Shown here: positions 11,205 through 27,225 of the stretch, in pieces | Layout: each line of letters starts with the position of its first letter | Position numbering within the stretch: position 1 is the stretch's first letter | Source: Balamuthia mandrillaris | Lineage: Eukaryota | Assembly (NCBI GenBank): GCA_031835245.2 | Contig: JAVKOQ020000016.1 | Span: 62,001 to 126,000 of the forward strand | Direction of reading: 5' to 3' | DNA length: 64,000 nucleotides | The notes under the pieces: generated by a model | Seen by the model: only the letters and a program-made list of their open reading frames with translations | What the model was told of the DNA's origin: nothing | Databases searched by the model: none | Program-made: the position numbers and the translations under genes

Positions 11205-13742
11205 ATGGCCTTCAGCACGGATGCCGAAGAGAAGTACAGCCTCCCCGTGGGCTTCATCTTCGTCTTCAACCTCATCATCGGCGCTGGCGCGCTTAACCTC
11301 CCTCTTGGCTTTGAAAAGGCTGGCTTGGTGCTCGGCTCCATCTTTCTCGCTTTCCTTGCTTTTCTTTCGTGCGTAGAGATCATTTTTATGCTATTTTAAT
11401 TCAAGAATTTTAAATGTAAAACGATTTTGATTAACAAATTTTTAATTTTTTTTTCTTTGTAACACAAATTTTTTTTTTAGATATGTTTGTATAACGTACA
11501 TAATAGAGGCGCAAGCTTCTGCCAACGCTCTTTTGGCCTTGACGGAACAACCGCAAGGAACGTTCCCTTCTTCTTCCTCCTCCTCGTCGTCCGCTTTGGC
11601 CTCTCCCTCGCTGCTCCCCACTTCTTCTTCGGCTCGGTTGCTCATCCTCGAAGATGAGTCAGTGCCGCTTCTTCGAGATGACAAACCGAAGATAGAACGA
11701 GTTGGGGTCATCCCTGCTTCCTCTTCTTCTGCCTCTGCCTCTTTGTCGATCAACGCCACTGAGCAGGAAGAGGAGACAAAGGGAGAGCTCTTCACGATGA
11801 AGAGAAGGGTGGAAATGAGCGCCATGGCCCAAATGTTTCTTGGCAAGTATGGACCCTATATCTTTTACGTTATTCTTGTCGTAAGTTCTTTCCTTTTTCT
11901 TCATGTTCCTGTTGTTCTTGTTCTTGTTCTTGTTCTTGTTCTTGTTCTTGTTCTTGTTCTTGTTCTTGTTCTTGTTCTTGTTCTTGTTCTTGTTCTTGTT
12001 CTTGTTCTTGTTCTTGTTCTTGTTCTTGTTCTTGTTCTTCTTCTTCTTCTTCTTGTTGGCATTCTCTGCTCTGCTCCTATGTTCCCTCCATTCTCTCTTA
12101 TCATCCAACAAACCAACCCCAACACAAACACCAGATCTATTTATACGGAGATTTAGCCATTTATGCAGTGAGCATCCCGCAAGAGTTGACGCGGCTAACG
12201 GGAGGTTGGGCAGGCGTCTCCGACGATGATGTCTATTATGTCTATTTGGCGGGTTTTATAGCGTTGTTGGGTCCCTTGTGCTTCTTCAATTTTCAAAAGA
12301 CAAAGTATCTCCAACTCGTCACAATGGCTCTTCGTAATATCGCTTTTGGCATGTAGGTTTACTCCTTCCTCCTTCCTCCTCCAGTCTCATCGTTTGACAA
12401 TTCTTCAGGATGATAATAATAGCATTTATTTATATTGGAGAAGGAAAAGGAGCAAAACCAAAAGACTTGAAAATCTTCAATATAGGGTACATCTCTGCTT
12501 CTCTCGTTCTCGCGCTCTCTCCCCTCTTCTCTTGCGCATCAACAACAGATGAAAACTTATGCTCCAATTACTATTGACAATATTGTCATGAGTAGTTTAT
12601 GATTAGTCTTTCTGAAACCTCTTCTCTCTTCTCATTTCTCTTCTCTTTGTTTCCTATCTTCACCTCCTCTCACCTCATCTTCTAATGTTATTTTAACACC
12701 CGAAAAAGTGGCCTTCCTGAACTTTTTGGAGTTGCTATCTATTCGTTCATGTGCCACCACAGCCTTCCCTCTTTGCTCACTCCCATCGCCAACAAGAAGC
12801 AGCTCAACAAAATGATGTTTGGAGATGTTTTTGCCATTCTCATCTACTATTGCACTCTCTGTATTTCTGCCGTGTTCGCTTTTGGGGATGAGCCCAATCG
12901 TGAATGCGAGAAGGGACCTGGTCCTCCTTGTAAGATCCAGGTATGTTGCTTTTTACTTTTTTACATTCTTCTTGTTTCTCTCTCTCTTCTGATATTCTTG
13001 TTGTGTTCTTCTCATAGGATTTATACACAGAAAACTTTTTGTCCTATGACATTCGGGCCATTGCTTACTTTCTGAATTTGTTCCCCGTGTTTTCGCTGTC
13101 CTCCAACTTTCCTCTCATCGCCATCACTCTCCGCAACAACTTGATGCATCTCTTTCCTGAGCCTAGTACGTCTTCTTTCTTGGCCTTCGTGTAGTTCCTT
13201 TCTTGTTGTTTCTCATTTCTCACCTCTGCTCTCTTCTCCTTCTTGCCTCTTTCTTCTCTTCCTCCTTCTGCTTCTGCTTTTCCTGCTGCTTATTGTTGTC
13301 GGTCTTCTTGTTCTTCTTCTCTCCGTTCTTTCTCTCACCAACAACTCCAAACAAAAAAGAGGTCCGATGGTACAAATGGGTCAAACAGCCCCTCTTCTCT
13401 CTTCTCGCCATAACGCCCCCCTTCGCCATCGCCTTTGGCACCCGCAACGTCTCCATCCTGGTCTCCTTCACCGGCTCCTACGCCGGCCTCTTCATCATGT
13501 TCGTCATCCCCGCCCTCCTTCTTTTCTTCTCCCGCCGAAAAGTGCGTGCTCTTCTCTCTTCTTCGCCTCCCATCACCGCAGCAGAGGATCGAGGAGGAGA
13601 AGAACAAAGAGATGCGGTGGAGTACAATCCGCACAGGAGCGTGTTTGGGCATTGGCTCTGGTTGGCGTTGGTGTTGTTGTGGTCTGTGGCTGCTTTGGCT
13701 CTCGTTACGTTTAATCATATTTACTCTTTCGTTAAAAAATAA
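11205..13742 (+). CDS. TMEM104: TMEM104-like amino-acid/auxin permease family transporter; multi-exon
   Basis: YSLPVGFIFVFNLIIGAGAL.LP, RVEMSAMAQMFLG, FFNFQKTKYLQ, FMCHHSLPSLLTPI, FPLIAITLRNNL, LVSFTGSYAG, NPHRS motifs; several hydrophobic helices. Confidence 0.9.
11905..12055 (+). repeat. (GTTCTT)n microsatellite in a TMEM104 intron
   Basis: Tandem hexamer array following the GTAAGT donor at 11881. Confidence 0.93.
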
Positions 13743-14054
13743 AAAGAAAGAAACGACACGAAAGAATGAAACAACAAGAAACAAAGAAACGACAAGAAAG
13801 AAAGAAACGACAAGAAAGAAAGAAACGACAAGAAAGAAGAAAGAAAGGACAAGGAAGGAAGGAAAGAAACGAATAATAGAAAGAGAAATAAAAATAGAAA
13901 AAGAAAAGAAAAGAAAAGAACAGAACAGAAAAGAAAAGAACAGAAAAGAACAGAACAGAAATGAAAAGAAATGAAAAGAAATGAAGAGAGAGAGAGAGAG
14001 AGGACAAGAGAGAAAGAAAGAAAAAATATAATAAAAAAAATACTGACTATCCAT

Positions 14055-17000
14055 TCAATTACAAGTAAGCAAAGCGGCCTTAAACTCCCTGGTCTCCTCC
14101 CCCTCCCTCACTATATTCACACTCTGCCACCCGCTCTTCTCAAAGAACTGCACTCGCCTCACCGTCTTCTCCGCCATCCCCCTGTACTCCTCGCTGCAGC
14201 TCTTGCCCGCCCAGATGAAGAACTGCTCGGGCGTTTGCACGATGAAGCAGCTGTCCGAAGGGTCCATGGCGAGAACGGTGGAGATACTTCCGCTGCTCGC
14301 CATTCCCGTCGAGGTTGCTGACGACCCCTCCAAGGAGGAGGTCTTAAGAGAAGAGGAAGAAGAAAGGAGGACTTTGTCGGCAGCGTTGGTAGAGTCCGTC
14401 GAGTGGATGTGAGAGAGCAACATGGCTTTCCTGCCACGTTTGGCCACCAGCATGTTCGGATCAAAGCGGCTGTGCGACACGATGTAATAGAGACGGCTTT
14501 CCACCTTCTTCTTCGTGGTCGTCGTTTTGTTATTGTTATTGTTGCTGCTGCTGTTGCTGTTCTCTCTCAATCGCTGCCCCAAGATGATCAGCTGACAGAT
14601 GAACCCGGCGTTGGGGCTGCTCACCCCGCGCCTCATCTTGACGTACATCTGCGCTCTGTCATACTCCCAGTCGTTCTTCCACATCAAATAGCCGATCATC
14701 ATGGCAGAGCTCCTGCTCACTCCCTGTTGGCAATGTATCAACAGCTTTCCGGGTTGTTTGTTCTTTCTTGTGGAAGTTGCAGAGGAAGAAGCAGCAGCGG
14801 AAGAAGAGGATGAAGAAGTGGGAATCGGATTGTTGTTCGGATCGACAATGTTCTCGATCCACTCGATAATGTCGTAGAAGAGGCAGGTGATGTCCTCCGT
14901 CACGCCGTCCATCAGATAGAGCGTCCTGTACTCAAACTCTTTGGGGAACCAGTTGTCGCAAATGGAGCCGGCGCAGTTGAGGATGTGCGTGATGCCCACC
15001 TCTTTTAGCTTGGGGAGGTCCTTGGAGACCGTCTCACTGCCCAAATAGAGCCGCTCTGTAATTTGGGAGCAAATAGAGTCGTATCTTTGTTTATCATTAT
15101 TGTGAGTAGTTTTGTTATTGTGAGTTTTTTTTGTAAAGAAAAAAAATAGAAAAGAAGAAAGTAAAAAAGAGAAAGAGAAGAAATGAAAACAAAACAGAAA
15201 GAAAAGGAAAAGAAGAAAAAAAGTAAACTTACTTTTTCAGCTTTTTGGACTTGATGTTATTTTCTGTCTCCTGATAAAACTCCAAATCGGGGCGGCTGGT
15301 CGTCGGGACAATATTTCCGCTCCCTCCTCTCTCCCCTCTTTTCCCTCCGTCCTCGTCATCATCCCCCGTAAAATCCGGTCTTGAAATGATGGGCAAAGAG
15401 AACTTTGGTCGATTGTTGTTCGTGCTATTGTTCGCTGATCCCAATGCCAAAGAAAAAGGTTTCTTATTTTGTTGTGATTGTTTGGAGGCAAGAGAAGTTG
15501 GAAGAGAGGGAATGTTGTGATGTGATGGCGGGTGTTTGCGTCGGGGAGAGGGAGAGGAACTAGTGGAGGAGGTGTAAGAAGAAGTGGCGGAGGACTCGGT
15601 TTCGTCGTCGTCATCCTCTTCATCATCGCTGTCTGCGTTATTGTTGTTGCTGCTTTTGTTGTTGTGGTGATGATGATTGTTGTTGTTGCGATGGCGGAGT
15701 TGTTGATCTCCGTTTTTGTTTTTCGGGCTCAAGTGGGAGGAAGAAGAGCGTTTGTTGTCCTTATCAGTGGAATAAGAAGAAGTGATAGAAGAGGATGAAG
15801 AAGAGTTAGAAGACGATGGGGTTCTCGCGCCTCGTTCGCTGTTGCTGCCGGAGGCATCACTAGAGCCAATTCCAAACACATCTTTGAAGAAAGGAAAAGC
15901 TCTGTCGTTCTCTGTTTGTTGTTGACTTATATCATTACCGCCACTGGAAGTAGAAGAAGGGTCGGGCTCTTCTTTGGCGCGAACTTTGGTCTTTTTCTTT
16001 TTTTCTTTGGTTTTGCCGAGATGACGCTCTGGAAAAGATCTCTTTAGGAGTTGCCGGTATAAATGGTTGTTTTGTGGATTTCCATTCTCTGCATACACAC
16101 ATATGTTTGGTGAGACGAGAAGAGAAAAAAGAGAGAAGAGAAAGGTACCATTGAGAGAGAAAGCGTGGTTACCAAAGAGGTCATGTTTGAAAACAGCAGT
16201 AAGAGGGACTTTTTCCCCTTTCTTGAACAGCTGCTCCGTCAACCGCCGTCCCTCGCTTTTGAGCACCTTCTCAAGCTCAAAGCTCTTGGCCAAAGCCACA
16301 GCGCGCGTGAACTTGTTCGAGTCACGGCCATTCCAAAGGTAAATGTTGTAGATCAGACCGGCATCTCTGACAGAAGCGGCAGGAGAGGAAGAAGATTCAA
16401 CGGCTCGAGGGGAAGTGGAGGTAGAAGTGGGTGCAGAGGACGATGAATTAGAGGCTGTAGATAGTGAAACAGGAGGCAAAGCAATGGCAGAAGATGGATG
16501 TAGAGAAGAGCCAGAAGAGGAAGAAGAGGAAGAGGAAGACGAAGACGAAGAAGTAGACGAAATAAAGACTTCCTCTAAGCAGCTGGCTAGTCCCCTAGGC
16601 GTCAAGGCCTCTTCCGAGGAACGCAACAGACTCGCAAGGGTTGGCAGCTTGGTTTCAGAATTTCCACCATTATTGTGGCCACTACCTACAGTCAGCTCCT
16701 CGGCCGAGGCGGAGGAGCCGTGGTTCCGTCGTGCAGAGAACCAACTGCGGGAGCGTCTCTCGTTGAGAGAGATGTGGAGGGCCACATAGCAGTGCTTTTT
16801 GTTGAAGCCGTGAAAGGCTTGGGAGACCTCCGTCGAGCCCAACCGTACGGGCTGGGTGCGGGTTCGTCGTCGGTCTTCTCCTGAAGGAGCCGAAGAGGGA
16901 ATGGTATTGTTGTTGGTGGTGGTGGTTTCCTCTATACCATTGTTCGCTTCTCCCCCTTCACCGTCTTCTCCCTCCTCAAAGAACTGCCAGAGGTGAAGAG

Positions 17001-17211
17001 AGCTCAGAAACTCGGACTTGTTGTTCTTGTTGTGGTGTTTGTGCAGTTTGTGATGATGGTGCTGTTGGGCGGAAGAGGCAGAAACAATTTTTTCAGGAGA
17101 ACGAAAGGGAGAGGCAGATGAGGCAGCGGCAGCGGGAGAAGAAGAAGCGGAAGGATAAAGGAGTTGATTGAGAGGGATGGGATCCGCTTCTACTGCAATG
17201 TAGTTTCCCAT
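14055..17211 (-). CDS. Dual-specificity (MAPK) phosphatase with gelsolin-like domain, plant MKP1-like; about 3 exons
   Basis: Catalytic HCQQGVSRS loop, GITHILNC, LMDG, PNAGFICQL; C-terminal SCFIV...FFIWAGK...VREGEET.EF gelsolin-like repeat; start MGNY at 17211. Confidence 0.88.
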
Positions 17212-18022
17212 GTTTTTGTTTAAACGTTTTAACTCCTTCCCCCCACTAAAACTGTTTATTTTTGAAGGAAGAGAGATAAAAATCAATGAGACAACTTTGA
17301 CTTTCAAAAAAAAAAAAAAAGAGGAGCAGAGAGAGATGAAAAGATGGGCACAAGAGAGAGAGAGAGAAAAGGTGAACGAAAAAACATAATCGATAAAAAA
17401 AAACAGTTACCTTCGTGCTACACGAAAAAAGTTCCCAAAAAAAAAAAAACGGATTTTTCCGATTATAAATAAAAACTCAACAAGGAGGGTCTCCCCTTGG
17501 GGTGGTTGGTCTTCTTTTCAGCAGTGAATCAATCAATCAATCAATCAATCCCCCCCCTTCCTCCTCCTAGAAGCTCTTCTCTGTGGGGTATTGTTGTGTT
17601 TTTACCTTCTCTCTCTCTTCCCGCTTGCGTTTAGCAGAAGCGCTACTTCTTTTCCTTTCCGCTACCCTTTTTTTTTTTCTTTTCTTATTTTTTCTTTTTG
17701 GGGAAAACAAAAAAAAAAAATATATTTAAAGTTTTAACGGTAAAATATTTATTTCTCCGGAAAAGGTAAAGTTATTTAAAGTCGACATACAAATAAGGTA
17801 ATATTTAACCGTGGCTACTCGAAGGAGCTGCCAGGTTGCCCGGTTGGGAGGGGAGGCGGTGGGAGAGGGCTTGGACGGTTTTTTGCCCAGACTCCATTCC
17901 TCTGCGGTTACCAGGTGTTCAAAGTTTAAAAATAATATTTCGTGTCGACATGAAAATACAGCTCTTCTCTCTCTTCTCTCTCTCGTTCTCTCGCTCTCTC
18001 TCGTTCTCTCTCTTCTCTCTGT

Positions 18023-18776
18023 TTACTCTCGCGGATAATCGGCTGGCAGAGGCACTTTGTACTTCTGCTCCAGCTCCAAGAGAGTGTGCTTGACGCGAAG
18101 GTCGATGTCGAGGCGCTCTTCCTCCTGGGATTGGGCGTGCTGCTTCATTTCTTCATGTTCCAGGGATTGCGTTACCTCTCGTATCTTTGCCCGTTTTTCC
18201 TTCACGACGCAAAGGACATGAGTTGTCGTTTCAAGCAGAAGAAGAGGTGAGGAAGAAAGAACAGCAACAAGAACGAAGATAGAAGAAGGAAGAAAGAAGA
18301 AAGAAGAAAAAGAAGCAACAAGCAAGAAGAAGAAGGTAAGAAGCATAATCTACTAAAGGTACCTCGAAAGAAGGAGCTTTTGCCACGCTCTCTTCTGCTT
18401 TGGCTTTAACGCCCTCGACTTTGTTTGTATTCAAAAGACACTAAGAAGAGAGAACGAGAGAGGAGTGAAGAGGGGAAGAAAACGAACCGAGAGAAGTGAA
18501 CCGTTGAGGGTGAGCGCTGAGCAAGCTGGTGCAGTCGTTCAACTTTGTGTCGACCTCTTTCAGCATCTGTGTCATCGCCACGAGTTGCTGTTGACTTGTG
18601 TCTCCTCTTTCTTTCTATAAACTTTGGCGGTTAGCTTGACGTTGTTTTCTCTCGTTCTCTTCTATGCCCTCTTCTCTCCTCTCTCCTCTCTCCTCTCATC
18701 TCTCGTGCTCTTCTGTGCTCTCTTCTCTCTCTCTCTCTCTCTCCTCTCATCTCTCGTTCTCTCCTATGCTCTCTTC

Positions 18777-18810
<34 letters not shown>

Positions 18811-19152
18811 AAACCTTCTCTCTCGCCTCTCGTGCTGTCTTCTCTTGTTTGAAAAGAATGTAGCGGATCCAGTACCTCAAACCTAGTAACAAAGTAATTC
18901 AAGTCTTCATGGAGCGGTCTAGTAAAGAACAGTTCGTACAAATGATTGCATTCTGTTTTTTTTTTGTGGAAGAAAAAGAAGTTAGTATTCCATCCAATTG
19001 GTTTATCCCAACCTTTTTGGTTTGCAATAAATAAAAATACCTTCTGTAACTACTTTGAGCGGTTTCAACACCGCTTGCTTTGCGGCCGGTCCGGAAGGGG
19101 AGACCCCAGCGAGAGCGGTGGCGCTTGACCCCAACGTCAAGTAGCTGTTCAT
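18023..19152 (-). CDS. BLOC1S5: BLOC-1 subunit 5 (Muted) homologue; about 5 short exons
   Basis: Manual splice: MNSYLTLG...LKVVTE/ECNHLYELFFTRPLHEDLNYFVTRFE/KERGDTSQQQLVAMTQMLKEVDTKL.../...LDIDLRVKHTLLELEQKY. YFVTRFEKERG resembles the Muted YFVKEFEEKRG motif. Confidence 0.7.
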
Positions 19153-19378
19153 CTTCGCCTCCTTTCTTCCTCGTCGTTTCTTTTTACGTCGACAATTTGA
19201 CCACAAAATGTGCTGTTTCTGTGCTCGCTGGGGAGTCTACAATAAATTTGCAGCAGCAATGGAGCACAAATCGTTATCCATTTGACCTCAACAGATTATG
19301 ACGTCGACAATTGTGCAGCAGTTCATCTCCATTTGTGCTTGCTTTGAGTCAACGAGAAATAAAAACAGATCGACAAAG

Positions 19379-22300
19379 ATGACAACAAGGCGGAACTCTC
19401 GTGGCGAGGAAGAGGAGGAGGACGAGGAGGAAGGCAACTTGGACAGCATGATGATGGAGTCTTTCGAGGTGGAGGAGACGCCCAACTCTGCCTTTTTCCT
19501 TCCGAAAAGTACGTTTTAAAAAGATGAACCGGTGATTTTTGATTATTTTTTTTTATTTCCGGATTGGAATGAATTGAAAACAAAAAACAAATAAACAGGA
19601 GATGGCTTTTGTCACTCGCGCATGAGGTTAGTGGTGGGAGTGACGCTCGCTGTGGTGGTAGCGGTAGCTCTTGTGGTGGTCATCATCGAGCTCAACAAAA
19701 GGGACTCCACCAAAAACACCAATAACAACAACAACAACACGGCGCCGTTCAAGCCGTCTCCGCAACAAGCCAAGTTCTATGCGGAGCTGGCCCAAGTTGT
19801 TCTTGCAGACATGAACCGGTCGGTGGATCCTTGTCAAGACTTTATCAGTAAGTTTCTTTCTTGTCGCCTTTCTGTCCTTCCTTCCTTCCTTCCTTCCTCC
19901 TTCCCCTTCCTTCCTTCCTTCCTTCCTTCCTTCCTTCCTTCCTTCCTTCCTTCCCTTCCCTTCCTTCCTTCCTTCCTTCCCTTCCTTCCATCCTTCTCCT
20001 TCCTCCCTCCTCCCCCCTCCCCCCCCATCCCCTCCTCCCCTTCCCCCCCCTCCCTCCCCCCCCTCCCTCCTTCCCATTCCTTCCTTCCTTCCATTCCTTA
20101 CACGCCAAACAAAGATATTCATGTGGGGGTTGGCTCTCACGCACGCAGCTGCCTCCAGACAAGCCCTACTATGCTCGCAGCTTCTCCACCATTTATGACA
20201 GCAACCTCCAAAGCCTTAGAGAGATCTTGGAAGAGGGATGGCCCCTCCTCTCCACTTTCTATCGTGACTGCATGGACAATGGCACAAGAGAGGAGAGAGG
20301 GTGGCGCCCCATCCAGCCGTGGCTGGCGAGGGTGGATGCGTTGAAAAATGCATCAGAGCTGGCTATCTTGTTGGCTGAGTTGCATGTCATTGGTATTTAT
20401 TTTTAACATCGTTTCTTGTTCTTCGTTTTCTTCTTGTTCTTGTTCTTGTTCTTCTTCTTGTTCTTCTTCTTCTTCTTCTTCTTCTTCTTCTTGTTCTTGT
20501 TCTTGTTCTTGTTCTTCTTCTTCTTCTTCTTCTTCTTCTTCTTCTTCTTCTCCTGGTAGTTTTTTTCTGGTGGAGTGCTCAACATTAAACCAATAAACAG
20601 GTGTAAGGGCTGCTTTCAGCTTCTATGTAGAATCTGACGCCAGACAACCTAACATGAACATAGCAGTTATTGATCAAGGAGGGTTTGTCTTTCCACTTGT
20701 CTTTTACTTCTTTCTTTCTTCGTCCCGCCCTTAGCCTTACTAATAACAATGCAGCATGGGTCTTCCTTCCACAGAATATTACTTGAGTTCAGCTCCTAAC
20801 TTGCAAAACCTACGAGAAGCCTACAAGCATCACATCCGCGACAGTCTCTCCATGGTCAACATCTCTCAATCCTCCGCAGAACAACAATCCCAACTGGCAT
20901 TCGAGATGGAGTATAAACTCGCTCTCATCTCCCTCTCTCCACAGGAGAGAAGAGATGCAGAGAAGACCTACAACAAGAGAACGATGAGAGCCCTCAAAAC
21001 CAACCTCACCCCCAACTTTGAGTGGACGACCTACTTTCACGCTCTCAACAAAGCGATCAAGAACGAGACGATGAGAGAGGAGGTCTTCGATACAGCAAAG
21101 GACGAGAGTCAATCGGTGAATGTGGTTGTGTTAAAGTTTATGGAGGGATTGCAGCCATTGTTTGCGTTTGCTGAGACGACGACATTGATGGAGCAATGGA
21201 AGGCCTATCTTCGCTGGAGAATTGTGGATGATACTTCTACGGTAATGCTTCTTCCTATTTTCTTTCTGATGCCTTTTTTTTCTTACTTTAATGCTCCACA
21301 CAAAGTTGTTGTCAGAGCGCTTCCAAGCCAAAGCTTTTAACTTCTCAAAGCATTTGTATGGAGCTCATTTGCAACGATCGGAACAGTGGAAGACATGCAC
21401 CAAAGCCACTCAAAATAGTTTAGGCTTCCTTTTAGGTTACTTTTTCTTCTTTCAACTGTCTCATATCACTTTTTTTCTTCCCCTTTATCCCTGCTTTGTT
21501 CGTTCTCTCTCTGCTTCCTTCTTCTCTCTCGTGTGTGCTTAGAGCCTCTTAAAATCTTTTGTGCTTAAAAAAATATAGGACGTTATTTCGTGCAACGTTA
21601 CTTCTCTCCTGACAGCCAAGAACTGGCTACGGAACTCATTCACGACCTCCAAGCGGGTGCCTTTCGTCAGAGCATTGACCAACTGAGCTGGATGGACGGT
21701 CGCACCAAGCAAAAGGCTCTGCAAAAGTTAGACGCCATCATGCACAAGATTGGCTATCCGAGCGAGTGGCCCACTTATGAGGAGCTGCTCGTCGCCCCGA
21801 GACGTTACTTTGAGTCTGCTATTGATGCCAGGTTCGTTTTTGTTGTTTGTTCTTGTTTTCTCTCCCGTTTTAAACAAACAACAAAACAAACAGACGTTTG
21901 GACAACGCGCAAGTGCTTCGCTCCGCCTACAAACCAGTCTCCAAGTCCGAGTGGGTGATGCACCCGCAAGAGGTGAACGCCTACTACCGCCCGGACTGGA
22001 ACGAGATCGTCTTCCCCGCCGGCATTCTTCAACCTCCTTTCTTCTACTCTCCTTCTCTCTCTTCCTCCCCTCCTTCTTTTACCAACTATGGAGGCATTGG
22101 CATGGTCATCGGGCACGAGCTCACGCACGGCTTTGACGATCAGGGCCGTCGTTACGATGCGTCCGGCAATCTGACGGATTGGTGGACGGAAGCCACCTCG
22201 CAACAGTTCCAACAGAGAGCCAGTTGCGTCTCTCAGTATTACTCTCAAAACTTTGCCATCGAGTTACTCATCAAAGCTTCTTCATCGGGTTCTGAAGAAG

Positions 22301-22698
22301 GTGAAGAGACGTTTGTAAAGAGCAAGCTTCATGTGAACGGAGAGTTGACGTTGGGAGAGAACATCGCTGATATCGGCGGACTTAAACAAGCTTTCCTGGC
22401 TTGGAAAACGCACAACGAGGACATCAAGCACAAGAAACAACTAGAGGAAGAGCAATACCTCACCAAGCAGTACTTTGACGGCTTGGATGCCGCCAAGCTC
22501 TTCTTCGTCTCCTTTGCTCAAAACTGGTGCGCCGTTTACAGCGGCGAGTACCTCCACACGTTGGTGACGACGAACCCGCACAGCCCCAACGAGTTTAGAG
22601 TGAAAGGACCGGTCTCCCACAACAAGTACTTTGCCGAGGCGTTTGGATGTGCAGCGAATGCTCCCATGAATCCAAAGAACAAATGTGATATCTGGTAA
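19379..22698 (+). CDS. M13 family zinc metallopeptidase (neprilysin / endothelin-converting enzyme-like), type II membrane protein; multi-exon
   Basis: N-terminal TM helix, MNRSVDPCQDF..YSCGGW, VNAYY, EIVFPAGILQPPF, GHELTHGFD, TLGENIADIGGL, HSPNEFRV, MNPKNKCDIW. Confidence 0.96.
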
Positions 22699-22742
22699 GC
22701 GAGAGAAACCGGAAGTTTATTGTTGTTGTTGTCGTTTATGTT

Positions 22743-25247
<2,505 letters not shown>

Positions 25248-25292
25248 TGCGTTTCTTGTGCTGTTTATTATTCGTGTTGAATTTCAGTACAT

Positions 25293-25414
25293 CCAATCAG
25301 AAATCATATGATATAATCGATCTTTAGATCATATTACCATTGGTTCTGAAAATTCGATGGCTTTTGTACTTTCTATAAATATTGTCGACAAGTCCGCAAA
25401 AACCGATGTCGACA
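25293..25414. promoter_or_regulatory. Candidate bidirectional promoter with a CCAAT box and TGTCGACA palindromes
   Basis: CCAATCAGAAATCATA at 25293 and TGTCGACA at 25383 and 25407, in the ~210 bp between divergent start codons (25247 and 25459). Confidence 0.5.
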
Positions 25415-25458
25415 ACAACGTTCTGTCTACAAAAAAGACAAAGCGAAGAGCGACAAAG

Positions 25459-27187
25459 ATGAACGTTATGCCTTCTTCTTGCTCACGTTCTTCCTCGTCA
25501 AAGCCGCGGTTAGTGCTCCACTTTGACGTCAACAAGACGTTGTTGATGGCGGATGCTGCGGAGGGCAAAGATCTCGATCAATGTCTCAACAATTTCTTGG
25601 CCGACACTTGTTTTGGTAGAGTGGTGGAGGAGGACGGAGAACAAAAACGATATCGTTGGGAAGCCGTAAGCGATGAACCGAAAGTGGGTCCTGCTCCACC
25701 TGGTCTCTTGTCCTACTTTCATTTTGTTGAGGTTCGCTTTTTTTTAAATTTTTTGATTGATTCCTTTTTTTATTTCGTTTTTCTTTTCTTTTTTTTTGTT
25801 TTCTTTTTTAAAATTTTTGTTTTTGTTTTTTTTTGTTTTTTGCTGAATGTTTTATTTATTTTCTTTTTTCTTCTTTTTCGTTAAATATTCTCGTTTTCTC
25901 GTTTTCTTTTTTTCTTTTCTTTTTTTTTCTTTTTCTTTTTTTTTCTTTTTTCTTTTTTTCTTTTTTTTTTTCTTTTTCTTTTTTTTTTCTTTTTCTTTTT
26001 TCTTTGTTCTTTTTCATTGTCCTATATAATAACCACCTAAAAAATAGAAGCACGCAACGAACAAGCAGCAACACAAACAAATGAGGGACACATTCACCCA
26101 CATCGGCCAGCCAGGCCGCAAGTACTCCTCTTTTCTTCTTCGGCTCAAACAAAAACTTTTACTCAAACCACAAAAAGAACAAGAAAGAGAAGAAGAAGAA
26201 GAAGAAGAAGAACAACGATATCACGTTATAGTTCCGTCTTTTTATCGGCTGCTGCGACACTTGAAAGAGACGGAACGGAGCTTCACGCTTGTGTTTCGGA
26301 CCTTTGGCGAGGACCTCCCGAAGCTGCAAAAGGAGTTCAACGCCTTTTGCGAGGGACAAGCTGGCATTTATCCCGGCATTGATGAATATCGGGTTTGGTT
26401 TTTCTGTCTTTTTCTTTCTTCCTCTTTCGTCTTCCTTCTCTCTTCTGTCTTCATTCTGCATTCTGCATTCTGCATGCTACATACTTTCTGTCTCCATTCT
26501 CCATTCATGCTTCATGCTCTGTTCTCCCCGTCTTTCTTTTTCATGTTCATTCGATGCCAACCAAGCAATTCAAAGACAGATCACGGACGAGAGCAAAGGT
26601 TGTTTCTTTCGAAACGGACCCAAAAGCCAGGACACTCATCTCATTCTTGGCACCTGGGAACCTGTTCCTGACATCCAACTCGGTCTTCAATTCTATCATG
26701 AAGGAGATGAGAAAGAGGACGATGAAGGAAGAAGAAAAGTATTAACAGGCTTTAGGAGCGTTTGGGAGCTGACGAATGATCCTTCTGTAAAGATTTTGGC
26801 ATTCAGGGACTATTATCGCTGGTACCTCTCCTCTCCCTTCTCTCCTTCTCTCCTCTTCTGCCTTTTGTTCGTTTACACCCCTCTTTCTCTTCTCTATTTT
26901 TGCTTCCCTCACTCTTCTCTTTTGAAAAGGTGGGCTATGATGGGAGAGAAGCACTGGTCAGGTAAACCTTTCGTTCTTCACCAAAACAAAAAGACACAAA
27001 AAGCGCTTTTAGTGGAGGCAGAAACAAAGCGTGGAGAAGAAGGGGAAGAGACAGCAGTAGGAGACCTGGTGCATCATATCTTCTTTGATGACAACGTTTG
27101 GATTCCTGGCTACCAAGAGAAAGGAAACAACATTGTGGACATTCGTGATCTTGGTAACTCTGTTCTTTCTTTTCTTTCATTCTTCCT

Positions 27188-27225
<38 letters not shown>

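Noticed and set aside
11659..12229. Poly-VL, KN, RT and LF ORFs
   Set aside because: They are the intronic (GTTCTT)n repeat read in different frames.
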